Shown piece by piece: positions 26,876-36,322 of a stretch of 64,000 bases of DNA. The DNA comes from an uncultured Candidatus Saccharibacteria bacterium. Its GTDB lineage: Bacteria > Patescibacteriota > Minisyncoccia > Phycocordibacterales > Phycocordibacteraceae. The position numbers and the translations under genes are program-made. The stretch covers positions 404,577 to 468,576 of the forward strand of contig CAZDPG010000001.1 of NCBI GenBank assembly GCA_964507275.1. Reading direction: 5' to 3'. Below the pieces are notes generated by a model. It had not been told where the DNA came from. It worked only from the letters and a program-made list of their open reading frames with translations, and ran no database searches. The number at the start of each line of letters is the position of its first letter. Position 1 is the first letter of the stretch.

Positions 26876-28534
26876 TTATCTTCGCTTCCTAGTAGCGACG
26901 GCAGCCTTCAGGAACTCCGTGAAAAGAGGGTGTGGATCGAGTGGGCGTGCCTGCAGCTCCGGATGGAATTGCGTACCCAACATGAACGGATGCACCGTGC
27001 GTGGGAGCTCGGCGATTTCCATAAGGACACCATCGGGACTCGTACCCGAGAACACTAGACCAGCATCCTGGAGCGGCTTCACGTATTCAAAATTGATCTC
27101 GTATCGGTGCCGGTGCCGCTCTTCAACAAGTTCTTTCTTGTACGCGGCGCGAGCGAGCGTTCCCTTCTTCAGGTACGCAGGATAGGCACCGAGACGCATC
27201 GTACCGCCGTACTTGTTCGCCGCGAGATGCTTCTTCTGCTCGAGCATCACGTCCACCACCGGATCCTGCGCGTTCTTCTGAATCTCGGTCGTGTGCGCAT
27301 TCTTGAGCTTGAGCACATTGCGAGCGTACTCTATGACCATGAGCTGCATGCCGTAGCAGAGACCGAAATACGGAATCTTATGCTCGCGTGCGAACTGTAT
27401 CGCTTTAATCTTCCCTTCAATGCCACTCTCGCCGAAACCGCCCGGGACGATAATGCCGTCGAAGCCGGCAAGCAGCGCCGAAGGTTTCGCACCGGCTTTC
27501 TCAAGATGCTTCGAGTTGATCCAGGTAATCTTCGGATAGCGCCCGAGCTTGGCAGCCGAGAACTTGATAGCTTCGATGACCGACAGATACGCATCGGAAA
27601 GCACGAAATCGCCCGAATCGAAATATTTCCCGACAATCGCTATGGAAACCTCAGGAGCTTTCTTATTCGCCACCGCCGTAGCGAACTTTCTCCATGCCGC
27701 GAGCGACGCCTTCCTCTTCTCAGGCAGCCTGAGCGCATCGAGGAGCGTATCACTGAACTTGTCCTTCTCGAAATTGAGAGGAGCTTCGTAGATGCTGCTG
27801 ATATCCGGAGCAGCGATGATGCGATCCTTGCGCACATTACACCAGACAGCGAGCTTCTCCTTACGCTTTTCGTCGATGGGTTCCTTGGAACGAGCCACGA
27901 TGAAGTCCGGCTGGACGCCATATGAGTTCAGGTCGCGCACGGCCGACTGAGTCGGCTTCGTCTTCATCTCGCCGAGCGTACCGGGCGTCGGTAGGTACGT
28001 GACCATAACGAACAACACGTCCTCTGGATAATTCATCTTCAAGACACGGGCGGCCTCGATGAAGAGTGCGTTCTGGAAATCGCCTATCGTGCCGCCGATC
28101 TCGATGACGGACATGCGGCTGCCATTATGCGCTGCGGCGGCCTCAATGCGATGTAATATCTCATCGCGCACGTGGGGAATCGCTTCGACGCACTTGCCGC
28201 CGTACTCAAGTGCGCGCTCACGGGCGATAACCGATTGGTACACCATACCGCTTGTCATATAGTCCTCATTCGTGAGATCGCGCCCGAGGAAGCGCTCGTA
28301 GTTCCCCATGTCCTGGTCGGTCTCGAGCCCGCTCCGGAGCACGAAGGTCTCGCCATGCTCGGTCGGATTCATCGTACCGGCATCGACATTCAGATACGGA
28401 TCGACCTTCACCAGATTCACCGGATACCCTTTCTGTTGGAGCAGGAGACCGATCGAACTCGTAACGACACCCTTCCCGACGCCGCTCATGACACCGCCCA
28501 GGACGAATATATATTTGTGACCTTGTTTTGCCAT
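26876..28534 (-). CDS. pyrG: CTP synthase
   Basis: 552 aa. N-terminal synthetase domain MAKQGHKYIFVLGGVMSGVGKG and a C-terminal GATase with GLCYGMQ. Confidence 0.92.
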   Translation of the reverse strand: MAKQGHKYIFVLGGVMSGVGKGVVTSSIGLLLQQKGYPVNLVKVDPYLNVDAGTMNPTEHGETFVLRSGLETDQDMGNYERFLGRDLTNEDYMTSGMVYQSVIARERALEYGGKCVEAIPHVRDEILHRIEAAAAHNGSRMSVIEIGGTIGDFQNALFIEAARVLKMNYPEDVLFVMVTYLPTPGTLGEMKTKPTQSAVRDLNSYGVQPDFIVARSKEPIDEKRKEKLAVWCNVRKDRIIAAPDISSIYEAPLNFEKDKFSDTLLDALRLPEKRKASLAAWRKFATAVANKKAPEVSIAIVGKYFDSGDFVLSDAYLSVIEAIKFSAAKLGRYPKITWINSKHLEKAGAKPSALLAGFDGIIVPGGFGESGIEGKIKAIQFAREHKIPYFGLCYGMQLMVIEYARNVLKLKNAHTTEIQKNAQDPVVDVMLEQKKHLAANKYGGTMRLGAYPAYLKKGTLARAAYKKELVEERHRHRYEINFEYVKPLQDAGLVFSGTSPDGVLMEIAELPRTVHPFMLGTQFHPELQARPLDPHPLFTEFLKAAVATRKRR

Positions 28535-28535
28535 G

Positions 28536-29462
28536 TTACACCGTCAGATACTTACGAATAGCCAAGACGGAAGCCACGGCACCGAGTACGATGCCCGAAA
28601 ACATGACGATGGCGAAGACGAGGAAGAAGTGATCGCCGTAGTAGCTTGCGATATTGAACCCGCCGAACCATGTTGCCGTCTTCATCCCTGCATACCAGGT
28701 CGCCGGATACAGAAGGACGAGCACGATGGCTGCCGCAGTAACGCCAGTGATAATCCCGGTGACGATAAATGGGCCCTGGATATAGGCGTTACTCGCGCCC
28801 ACGAGCCGCATCACCGCTACTTCATCCTTAGCGACATAGATTGCAAGGCGGATCGTCGCAAAGGCAATGAGAATTGAAGCTATTGCAAAGAGGATGACCA
28901 CGGCGAACCCAATCTCCCGCGTTGCGCGTATGGCGAGCGAGAGCCGGTCGATAACGTCCTTGTTCTGAGCATAGTTGATCCTATCGACGATCGACGCGCC
29001 GCCGGTCGAGAGCGTCGGCGATGCCTCGAGGAACTTCACGATGCTTTCGTATTCTGAGGGATCCTTCGCGCGTATCTCAAGCGATGCATCGAGCGGGTTA
29101 CCGCCGAGTTCATCGAGCGCCTGAAGCGTGAGCTGATCATTCGCATGACGCTCGCGGAACGCAAGGAGCGTTTCCTCTGCAGACGTGTAGGAGACGTTTG
29201 CCACCTGCGGTAGTTTCTCGAGCTGACTCTTCACGGCGAGGATGTCCGCTTCGCTCGCTGTCGTCACGAAGTACACCGACACGTCGACCTTTTCCTTAAT
29301 CGTCGTCAACGTGAAGGTGAGAAGCGCCGAGAGGAAGATGAGCGAGCTAATAATCGCAAGCGTCACCGTCATGATGAGCACTGTCGCAGCCGACACGGCA
29401 CCGCCGCGTCTAAAGCTCTTACCGCCGCTTATGAGCACCCGTTTGAAAATCATCCAGTCCAT
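28536..29462 (-). CDS. ftsX: Cell-division ABC permease FtsX
   Basis: Start MDWMIFKRVL at 29462, 4 nt after the ftsE stop; 4 TM helices plus a periplasmic domain. The ORF track extends to 29597. Confidence 0.8.
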   Translation of the reverse strand: MDWMIFKRVLISGGKSFRRGGAVSAATVLIMTVTLAIISSLIFLSALLTFTLTTIKEKVDVSVYFVTTASEADILAVKSQLEKLPQVANVSYTSAEETLLAFRERHANDQLTLQALDELGGNPLDASLEIRAKDPSEYESIVKFLEASPTLSTGGASIVDRINYAQNKDVIDRLSLAIRATREIGFAVVILFAIASILIAFATIRLAIYVAKDEVAVMRLVGASNAYIQGPFIVTGIITGVTAAAIVLVLLYPATWYAGMKTATWFGGFNIASYYGDHFFLVFAIVMFSGIVLGAVASVLAIRKYLTV

Positions 29463-29466
29463 ATAG

Positions 29467-30144
29467 CTACAGTATATACTTCCCGCCCATGTCATCACGC
29501 ACCATCTTCCCGCGGTCGATAGTGATGACGCGCTTCCCGATGGCGTCGACAATACCCTTGTTGTGAGTCGTGATGATGATCGTCGTGCCGAGTTCATTTA
29601 TCTTCTTGAGGATCTCGACGATCTCATATGTATTAATAGGGTCGAGATTCCCCGTCGGCTCGTCGGCGATGATGAGGTCCGGCTGATTGACGATCGCACG
29701 GCCGATGGCGATGCGCTGCTTCTCGCCCCCTGAGAGCTGATCAGGGAAATGCTTCGCCTTGTCAGCGAGATTCACGAGCTCAAGGATGTAGGGCACATCG
29801 CTCGCTATCTCATCGTCCGAACGGCCGGCGGCTTCCATCGCAAAGGCGATATTCTCATAGGCCGTCTTATTAGGAATCAGACGGAAGTCCTGGAACACCA
29901 TGCCTATCTTGCGACGGTAGTGGTGCAACGCTGAGCTCGGCAGGTCATTCACATCAATCGACTCAAAGAAAACATTGCCGTTGGTCGGACGCTCCTCTGC
30001 CAAGAGCAGCTTGAGGAGTGTCGTCTTGCCTGCGCCCGAGTGGCCGACGATGGAAACGAATTCTTTCGGGGCGACAGAGAGCGTGATATCCTCGAGCGCT
30101 GCGGTGTCTCCGTACTGTTTCGTTACCTTGTCGAAATAGATCAT
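29467..30144 (-). CDS. ftsE: Cell-division ABC ATPase FtsE
   Basis: Walker A GHSGAGKTT, LSGGEKQR, Walker B LIIADEPT. Confidence 0.9.
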   Translation of the reverse strand: MIYFDKVTKQYGDTAALEDITLSVAPKEFVSIVGHSGAGKTTLLKLLLAEERPTNGNVFFESIDVNDLPSSALHHYRRKIGMVFQDFRLIPNKTAYENIAFAMEAAGRSDDEIASDVPYILELVNLADKAKHFPDQLSGGEKQRIAIGRAIVNQPDLIIADEPTGNLDPINTYEIVEILKKINELGTTIIITTHNKGIVDAIGKRVITIDRGKMVRDDMGGKYIL

Positions 30145-30153
30145 GCGTTCCTC

Positions 30154-31032
30154 CTATTGTACCGTACTCGCGGCGGCTGCGTCTATAAACCCATCAAGGT
30201 CTCCCTCAAGCACTTTCTCTGGATTGGAGGATTCATACCCGGTGCGATGGTCTTTGACCATCTTATACGGGTGGAGCACGTAGGAGCGGATCTGGCTTCC
30301 CCACTCGTTTGCCGTCGTCGCGGCGATTGAGCGGCCTTTCGCCTCAGCCTGGCGCTGTGCCTCTTCTTTGGCAAATATCTTCGCCTTCAAGAGTTCCATC
30401 GCCTTCTCGCGGTTGGCCAACTGACTGCGCTCTGAAGAGACATGCACTGCGAGGCCCGTCGGCTTGTGGAGGAGACGCACTGCCGTCTCGACTTTGTTCA
30501 CATTCTGACCGCCGGCGCCGCCCGAGCGCGCGAAGGAGACCTCGATATCAGCCGGATTGATAGCAACCGCGTCGGTCGCGACCAGGGCTGGCAGGACTTC
30601 GACAAGCGCAAAGCTCGTCTGACGCTTCGCATTAGCATTGAAGGGCGAGATGCGCACAAGCCGGTGCACGCCCGCTTCATGCTTCAAGCGCCCGTACGCA
30701 CCGACACCACTTATCTCAAGCAGCACGTTGCGGTACCCGCCTTTATCGTTCTCATTAGCGTGCAGCTCGCGAACGCGCCAGCCCTGCCGAGCAGCGTATC
30801 CCTCATACATGCGGCGGAGCAGATGCGCGAAGTCTTCGGCGTCATCACCACCAGCGCCAGCGAGCACCGCGAGCGTCGCGTCGCCTGCGTCATGAGGATC
30901 GCCCGAGCCGCCTTCCTTCAAGTTCTGATACTCCCGCACGAGCTCTTGTGCTTTGTCCTTGTCCGCCCAGAAATCAGGCGATGCCATCATCGCTTCCAAT
31001 TCGGCAAGCCGTGTTTCCCGTTCGTCAGGCAT
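30154..31032 (-). CDS. prfB: Peptide chain release factor 2 (as annotated from the first ATG; see findings for the in-frame TGA upstream)
   Basis: SPF motif ([15 protein letters not shown]), GGQ motif ([18 protein letters not shown]) and the peptidyl-tRNA hydrolase domain. The N-terminal [17 protein letters not shown] aligns to E. coli RF2 residues ~30-47. Confidence 0.85.
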   Translation of the reverse strand: MPDERETRLAELEAMMASPDFWADKDKAQELVREYQNLKEGGSGDPHDAGDATLAVLAGAGGDDAEDFAHLLRRMYEGYAARQGWRVRELHANENDKGGYRNVLLEISGVGAYGRLKHEAGVHRLVRISPFNANAKRQTSFALVEVLPALVATDAVAINPADIEVSFARSGGAGGQNVNKVETAVRLLHKPTGLAVHVSSERSQLANREKAMELLKAKIFAKEEAQRQAEAKGRSIAATTANEWGSQIRSYVLHPYKMVKDHRTGYESSNPEKVLEGDLDGFIDAAAASTVQ

Positions 31033-31044
31033 TATGCACGAGAA

Positions 31045-31410
31045 TCAATGAACGGTATCGTTGTCCACGCTGCCGCCCATCGCCTCTATTTTCTCTTTCA
31101 ATTCTGCCTTGTTCGCTTCAAGATCCTCAATCTCACCAGTGATTTTCCTGCCGAGCTCGATAAGCCCGTTGCGAAAGGCTTCCGCCTGGGGATCTTCCCT
31201 ATCCACCGCGATATGAATGCTCTGGATGCCCTTATCGCGACTATCTCGTAATTCAATGAGTTTCATCTGCACCTCCCGATATTCCCGACGAAGTCCCTGG
31301 AGCTCTATCTTTTCCAGTTCTTCCCTATGCTCGGCAGCTCTCACCACCGCCCGAGGATTCTCTCGATGCGGTACCGCCTCGTCTCCTTGCGCGCTTTTCA
31401 GGTTTTCCAT
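31045..31410 (-). CDS. 121-codon coiled-coil ORF in the same frame as prfB, separated from it by a single TGA (31047-31045)
   Basis: Both ORFs are in the same frame (31410 and 31032 are both multiples of 3), with only the codons TGA-TTC-TCG-TGC-ATA between them. GAGG lies 3 nt before the ATG at 31410. Confidence 0.45.
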   Translation of the reverse strand: MENLKSAQGDEAVPHRENPRAVVRAAEHREELEKIELQGLRREYREVQMKLIELRDSRDKGIQSIHIAVDREDPQAEAFRNGLIELGRKITGEIEDLEANKAELKEKIEAMGGSVDNDTVH

Positions 31411-31463
31411 ATGCCTCGTATTCTACGAGTTTTAGAGGGTATGCACAACTGCGATTACTGCTG

Positions 31464-31536
31464 AGCCGCCTCCCAGGTTTGAACTGGGGACCTACGGTTT
31501 ACGATACCGTCGCTCTACCAACTGAGCTAAGGCGGC
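31464..31536 (-). tRNA. tRNA-Thr (anticodon CGT); CCA not encoded
   Basis: GCCGCCTTAGCTCAGTTGGTAGAGCGACGGTATCGTAAACCGTAGGTCCCCAGTTCAAACCTGGGAGGCGGCT with anticodon loop ATCGTAA. Confidence 0.85.
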
Positions 31537-31582
31537 AATCCCTCATTTCTAGCACAGAAACCGATTCTGAAAAAGTGAGTCC

Positions 31583-32167
31583 CTATTCTTTATCGGCAAA
31601 GACGACGAGACGCTTAGCATAGCTTCTGGAAACAGTGTTCCAGGCCCCACCGCACGTAACGAGATTGAGATGCGCCTTTCCGTCGAGTGAACCGAACACC
31701 TCCGGGACATCTTCATATTCCCCATAGATTCGAAGTTCGCGCACCACAAATGCAGTGCGTACTCCGTTCTCGTCTTCAACATACACAGTATCCCCTCTCT
31801 GCAATGCAGACAGATTGTCAAACACTGCCGGCAAACCATCTTTCCATCCGTAGTGTCCGGCGATGACGGCACTGCCTTCCTCGCCGGGGCGCGGACCGAG
31901 GGAGAACCATGCCGCATTCACGGGACCTGTAGGCACATCCATTGCTCCCTTCGGGGTGAGGCCTACCGACTCCAGAGCCGTATCGACGCCGATGCTTGGT
32001 ATCGTCAGGCGTGCCGGCAATCCAGATCGTATTTCTTCCTCTCCAAGAGACGGCAACGGACCACTCTCTCCGGGGCTTTTCAGGCCAAAGGAGAAAAGTA
32101 TCAGAACGAGCGCGCACCCAGTAAGGGCGGCTACGAGCTGCGAGTTTTGTTTCTCGTGTCTTTCCAT
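31583..32167 (-). CDS. Sortase (class E/F-like transpeptidase)
   Basis: N-terminal TM; catalytic His region AVIAGHYGW; TLxTC motif (LVTCGGAW) and an Arg near the C-terminus. Confidence 0.75.
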   Translation of the reverse strand: MERHEKQNSQLVAALTGCALVLILFSFGLKSPGESGPLPSLGEEEIRSGLPARLTIPSIGVDTALESVGLTPKGAMDVPTGPVNAAWFSLGPRPGEEGSAVIAGHYGWKDGLPAVFDNLSALQRGDTVYVEDENGVRTAFVVRELRIYGEYEDVPEVFGSLDGKAHLNLVTCGGAWNTVSRSYAKRLVVFADKE

Positions 32168-32502
32168 CCAGCTTTTAGTTTCTTCGCGAGCGCTTTTATT
32201 TCCGGCGCATGTTCCTTGTATTGTTTGCTATAGGTTGCGGCAACGGTGTCGATCGCCTCCCGATACAGCGGCAGAGTGACGCTCTTTGTCTTCTTAAGCT
32301 TCTTCTCGATGTCTGTTTCCATCTTCGTCATCCAGACCTCAGCTTTTTCCCGATGCTGTTTCCCTTTCGGTCCGAGGAAGTAATACGCCCCGGCACCCAC
32401 AGCCGCTACGCCCACGCCGATTGCTGCCGCTGTGCCTGCCGACATTCCGCTTTTCTTCTTTTTCACGACTTTTTTCTTTGTCACTGCTTTTTTCTTTGTC
32501 AT
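32131..32502 (-). CDS. Lys-rich small single-pass membrane protein (hypothetical)
   Basis: MTKKKAVTKKKVVKKKKSGMSAGTAAAIGVGVAAVGAGAYYFL.... The start is ambiguous (32502 or 32634). Confidence 0.35.
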   Translation of the reverse strand: MTKKKAVTKKKVVKKKKSGMSAGTAAAIGVGVAAVGAGAYYFLGPKGKQHREKAEVWMTKMETDIEKKLKKTKSVTLPLYREAIDTVAATYSKQYKEHAPEIKALAKKLKAGWKDTRNKTRSS

Positions 32503-32524
32503 AAGAGGGGTAGGTAATTGGAGA

Positions 32525-32782
32525 TTAATGAGTACTGCTTTTCTGTTTTCTTTTCCGTCGGAAGAGGAATTGAAAGACACTGCTCTCTCGCATATCGTCG
32601 AGCATCTCTTTCGTCGTATCGCCGATGGCATCAATGTCTTTTTCCGCTTTTTCCAATATCCTCGAGAACGCGCGAAATGCGCGAAGGATGAAGACCAGGA
32701 TGGCGGTGGTCAACACCCCCAGGATGATGAACCCTATCGAGGAGATGAAGAAGAATATCTCTGATTGCATTAGGGTAGTCAT
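32525..32782 (-). CDS. Small membrane protein (hypothetical)
   Basis: 85 aa with one TM helix. Confidence 0.3.
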   Translation of the reverse strand: MTTLMQSEIFFFISSIGFIILGVLTTAILVFILRAFRAFSRILEKAEKDIDAIGDTTKEMLDDMRESSVFQFLFRRKRKQKSSTH

Positions 32783-32813
32783 GCGTTCATTTTGACTACT
32801 GGTACAGCTGAGG

Positions 32814-34628
32814 TTATGCAGTACGCTTCTTCAGCGTGACGCTCCGCACTGCCGCGATAACTCCGAGGATGCCAGCGAGAAGGACGACATTCCAGGGAGT
32901 TGTCGCGCGAGGAGGGAGTCCTGTGCTCGGCAGTTTCGGCGAAGCGACGACGACTGTCGCAAACGCGAGGTCTGTTGCGGTCAGCCCATTTGCGCTTCCC
33001 GAGGCTGTCGCAATGTTCGTTGTCGTTTGCGTCAGGTTCGTTTTGCAGGAGAACACCCACGACTCATTGCTTTCAAGCAGGTTGTTCTTATTCAGGTCTC
33101 CTGGATGATCCGAGACGCGTCCAGGCAATCCGGTACACTTATCGTCAGTGATGCTGACGTTGCTCAGGGTCGCAGTACCGGGGTTGCTCACGATATACCG
33201 ATAGGTAACCGCACCGGGGGCGGAAAGCGTCAGTACGCTCGGCACCTTCTCCACGTGAATGAGCGGCGACACAATTGATGCGCCGACGACAACCGTAGCG
33301 CTTGCAACATCGATTGCGCTAATGCCGTTCGCCCATCCGGTCGCGGTGACGGTGTTCGTGTGCGTCACAGAAAGTGTTGTAGAGCATCGGTATACCCAAG
33401 TCTCGTTCACCTCGAGCTTACCGTTTGCATTTGCGTCTCCAGAGGAGAGCACGAGCGGGCTGCAACTATCGCCGACCATCGTGATGGAGGACACCGGAAC
33501 TGTTCCGGTATTGCGAAGTGTGTAGGTGTAGGTCACCGGTCCGGGACCGCTGGGAAGTGCCATAGGATTTGCCGTCTTCACCACATCGATTAGTGGCGGC
33601 ACGACGGGTGCAGGCACACCGATGTCGTTGTTCGTGATAACACAGATCTTATTGTCGCCCGGGGAGAGCGTCAGACGGCCATTGCTGTCGCACGCACCAG
33701 AGAACGTCCGTGTGTAGTTGGCATTGCCGGTTTCAGTCACGGTGTACACAGCTGCTGGCGCCGGGAACGTGTTGGTCACGCCCGAGATGACCGGTTTGCC
33801 ATTCACAAAGAGTGGGAAGTCGGTAACAGTCTTCGTCCCGCCACTATCGTTGATGACCGTCTTGACGACGTTGATTGTCCCCTGCTGCGGATTGCTTCCC
33901 GGTATCGTAGTTCCGGTCGCACATCCGGAAATATCGGTAACACCGGCCGTTGACAGAGTTCCGGTAAGCGCCATTAGTCGACCGACAACGGTTGCTCCGG
34001 ACACCAGAGATACGTTGTTGTTCGCAATAAGCGTTCCGACAAACTGATTGCCGGGACTCCCGTTGATGGTAGCGTCTCGATCAATCTGCCAATAGACGTT
34101 GCAGGCATTCACTCCGGCACCCAAGACGACTGTGGCGGCATTCGTGAACGTAAGGTCGTTATTGATTTGGAAAATCCAGATCGACGAAGCATCGCCGTTC
34201 AATGTAAGAGTGGTGCTAATCGTAGCGTCACCGGAGCGGGTGTACAGGCCTGGTACCGGAGTCATATCAGGAGGAGAGGCGGGGTCCCAGGTAGTACCGA
34301 GGGGCTGGTTCGTGGGATTCATACTTGTCCAAGCGGCCGTAGCGGCCGTCTTGGCAGTCCCCGACAGACCACCGGTGCCGAAGTATCTTGTACCTCCTAC
34401 GGTCCAGGGTCCGCTTACCGAGAGACCCGGATTAACACCGAGATCACCAGCGACCGTGGCACCCAGGGCATCGGCAGTCATCGCCGAGCCGGCAAAGACC
34501 GAGAAGCTCGCCGCTGTCCCGAGATCCGGCGCTACTGCCGCTGTTGCGAAGGCAGTCGTTGGTCCGACAAGAATAAGCACCAGAGAAACGGTGAGCGCAC
34601 TTATCGCGATTTTGTGAGATAGGTTCAT
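32814..34628 (-). CDS. LPXTG-anchored surface protein with an N-terminal ice-binding-like (DUF3494) domain and DUF11-type repeats
   Basis: Signal peptide, then AVAPDLGTAASFSVFAGSAMT (DUF3494-like), two repeats ...VTYTYTLRNTG / ...VTYRYIVSNPG, and C-terminal LPSTG plus a hydrophobic segment plus KKRTA. Confidence 0.8.
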   Translation of the reverse strand: MNLSHKIAISALTVSLVLILVGPTTAFATAAVAPDLGTAASFSVFAGSAMTADALGATVAGDLGVNPGLSVSGPWTVGGTRYFGTGGLSGTAKTAATAAWTSMNPTNQPLGTTWDPASPPDMTPVPGLYTRSGDATISTTLTLNGDASSIWIFQINNDLTFTNAATVVLGAGVNACNVYWQIDRDATINGSPGNQFVGTLIANNNVSLVSGATVVGRLMALTGTLSTAGVTDISGCATGTTIPGSNPQQGTINVVKTVINDSGGTKTVTDFPLFVNGKPVISGVTNTFPAPAAVYTVTETGNANYTRTFSGACDSNGRLTLSPGDNKICVITNNDIGVPAPVVPPLIDVVKTANPMALPSGPGPVTYTYTLRNTGTVPVSSITMVGDSCSPLVLSSGDANANGKLEVNETWVYRCSTTLSVTHTNTVTATGWANGISAIDVASATVVVGASIVSPLIHVEKVPSVLTLSAPGAVTYRYIVSNPGTATLSNVSITDDKCTGLPGRVSDHPGDLNKNNLLESNESWVFSCKTNLTQTTTNIATASGSANGLTATDLAFATVVVASPKLPSTGLPPRATTPWNVVLLAGILGVIAAVRSVTLKKRTA

Positions 34629-34650
34629 AAGTAATTATGTTTTAGACGTT

Positions 34651-35898
34651 CTAGTAGGTACTAGCGTTGACTGCCTCGCGTGTAAGCGGCCCGAAATATC
34701 CGCTTGCCGGAATGATGCCCTTCGCCTTCTGATATTTCACGAGGGCCGCCCTCGTTGCTGCACCAAAGGTCGCTGTCTCATTCCCCGAAGAACCTGCACC
34801 GCTCGTGGCAACGGTATAGCCATGCGCGTTCAGGAATTCCTGAAGGGCCTTTACCTCCTTCCCGAGAGAACCGACCGTGAGATTCGCTTTGAACACGGCT
34901 ACAGCCGCACTCGTCACCGAGCCGGTGGCAGTACCCCCGAGCGAAGCTTTCACATTCGCAATGACTGAGGCATCGGCGTTGAACGATGCGAGTACGTCAA
35001 GAATTGCCTGGACCTGTGAGGTCGAGAGTCCCGAAGCGGATGATGCCGATGTCGTCTGCTGTGTCGAGGGAGTTGCTGGCGTAGCGGGAGTGGCCGGCGT
35101 TGTCGTTGTCGTTGCTGGCGTAGCGGGAGTGGTAGCAGTTGTGGTTGGCGCAGTAACGGTATTCGCGTCGAGCGTAACCGCGGCCTGTGCGAGCGCTCGG
35201 CCGTTCAGTACGGCGCCGGTATTCAGCACAATCGACGTTTGGTCCAATATAGTCCCGTTCATGACGGCGGTCGTGCCGAGAGTCGTCTGCCCCGCGACCT
35301 GCCAGAAGACATTGGAGGCCTGTGCACCACCGGAGAGAGTAACGCGCGCACCGGAACTCATAGTAAGATTCTGCGCTATCTGGAAGATCCAAACGTCTTG
35401 CGCACTGCCCGAGAGTGTAACGTCCGTCGGTATGGTGACACCGGTACTCCATTTGTAGAGACCCGGAGCAAGCGTCATGCCGCCGATATTCCCGGCACCG
35501 AGCTCAGTCGCGGTTGGGTTGGTTCTTCCAGCGGCGTCAGTGTAAGCGTTTTGCATATCGAGTACCGCGGTGGTAAGAATCGCGGGCGTCGGATCCGCAT
35601 ATCCAGGTGCATATACTTTCCCGGAAACTATGGCCGACGTAGAGAACGCACCCGCCGAAGGAAGCGTGAGCGCAAATCCGGTCAGATAGCTCGCAGCCGC
35701 CGGACTGAGACCGACATCTCCGGTAATGGAGGTAGCTCCGGTCGTTGAGACACCTGTCTTTGCCAAGATGGTATACCCACCGGATGTTCCGAGGTTTACC
35801 GCTGACGGGCCGGCCGCAAGCGCGACCATCGGCCCCGTAAGAACGAGTGCTAAGGAAAAAACAGACGTGGCGATAGAAACGCTTGTAGCTGTTTTCAT
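34651..35898 (-). CDS. Secreted DUF3494 (ice-binding-like) protein with a Thr/Pro linker and a C-terminal peptidoglycan-binding domain
   Basis: Signal peptide; GPSAVNLGTSGGYTILAKTG; linker TPATPATTTTTPATPATPATP; C-terminal LQEFLNAHGYTV...FGAATRAALVKYQKAKGI (PG_binding_1-like). Confidence 0.75.
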   Translation of the reverse strand: MKTATSVSIATSVFSLALVLTGPMVALAAGPSAVNLGTSGGYTILAKTGVSTTGATSITGDVGLSPAAASYLTGFALTLPSAGAFSTSAIVSGKVYAPGYADPTPAILTTAVLDMQNAYTDAAGRTNPTATELGAGNIGGMTLAPGLYKWSTGVTIPTDVTLSGSAQDVWIFQIAQNLTMSSGARVTLSGGAQASNVFWQVAGQTTLGTTAVMNGTILDQTSIVLNTGAVLNGRALAQAAVTLDANTVTAPTTTATTPATPATTTTTPATPATPATPSTQQTTSASSASGLSTSQVQAILDVLASFNADASVIANVKASLGGTATGSVTSAAVAVFKANLTVGSLGKEVKALQEFLNAHGYTVATSGAGSSGNETATFGAATRAALVKYQKAKGIIPASGYFGPLTREAVNASTY

Positions 35899-36099
35899 AC
35901 CTGCAATTGATTATGTGTAAGACCTTTTCTGACGGAGTGACATTATCGTGCGTACTCAAGCTAGCACACGCACAGAACGCTACCTTCAGTATAGCACTTT
36001 CTCATGGTCTTTTTGTGTCAATACCCTTCCTGTTGATAACAAGCTCAAAATACCCCGAGAAACCCCGGTGTGTCAGGAGAATTCCGTTATCTTTGATTC

Positions 36100-36175
36100 T
36101 GGAGCCGAGAGTCGGGATTGAACCGACGACCTGCGCCTTACCATGGCGCTGCTCTACCAACTGAGCTATCTCGGC
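36100..36175 (-). tRNA. tRNA-Thr (anticodon GGT); CCA encoded
   Basis: GCCGAGATAGCTCAGTTGGTAGAGCAGCGCCATGGTAAGGCGCAGGTCGTCGGTTCAATCCCGACTCTCGGCTCCA. Confidence 0.85.
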
Positions 36176-36322
36176 GAGCGAGGAAACGTGGGAGGACACG
36201 CCTTCGTGTATTCCCACGTTCTCCGAGCGAGCCGAGACAAGCGTGCAAGCAATGCTTATATCGGCGAACTCGTATTTCCCGCACCTGTGCATACTAGCCG
36301 AGTTTCCCTATTCTTTCAATTT

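Noticed and set aside
31025-31047. Alternative genetic code (UGA sense, code 25/4) as the explanation for the in-frame TGA at prfB
   Set aside because: TGA clearly terminates other confident genes here (ECF sigma at 4896-4898; the small membrane gene at 6250-6252). The genome retains an SPF-motif RF2, and GC is ~58%, unlike UGA-recoded lineages.
31025-31120. Classical prfB +1 programmed frameshift (CUU UGA C) upstream of ORF2
   Set aside because: A GCC-TGA-C site exists in the -1 frame (31030-31025), but that frame is closed by a stop 31 codons upstream with no ATG, and GCC is not slippery. The other frame ends in TAA overlapping the ATG, with no start codon either. I kept the in-frame-UGA observation instead.
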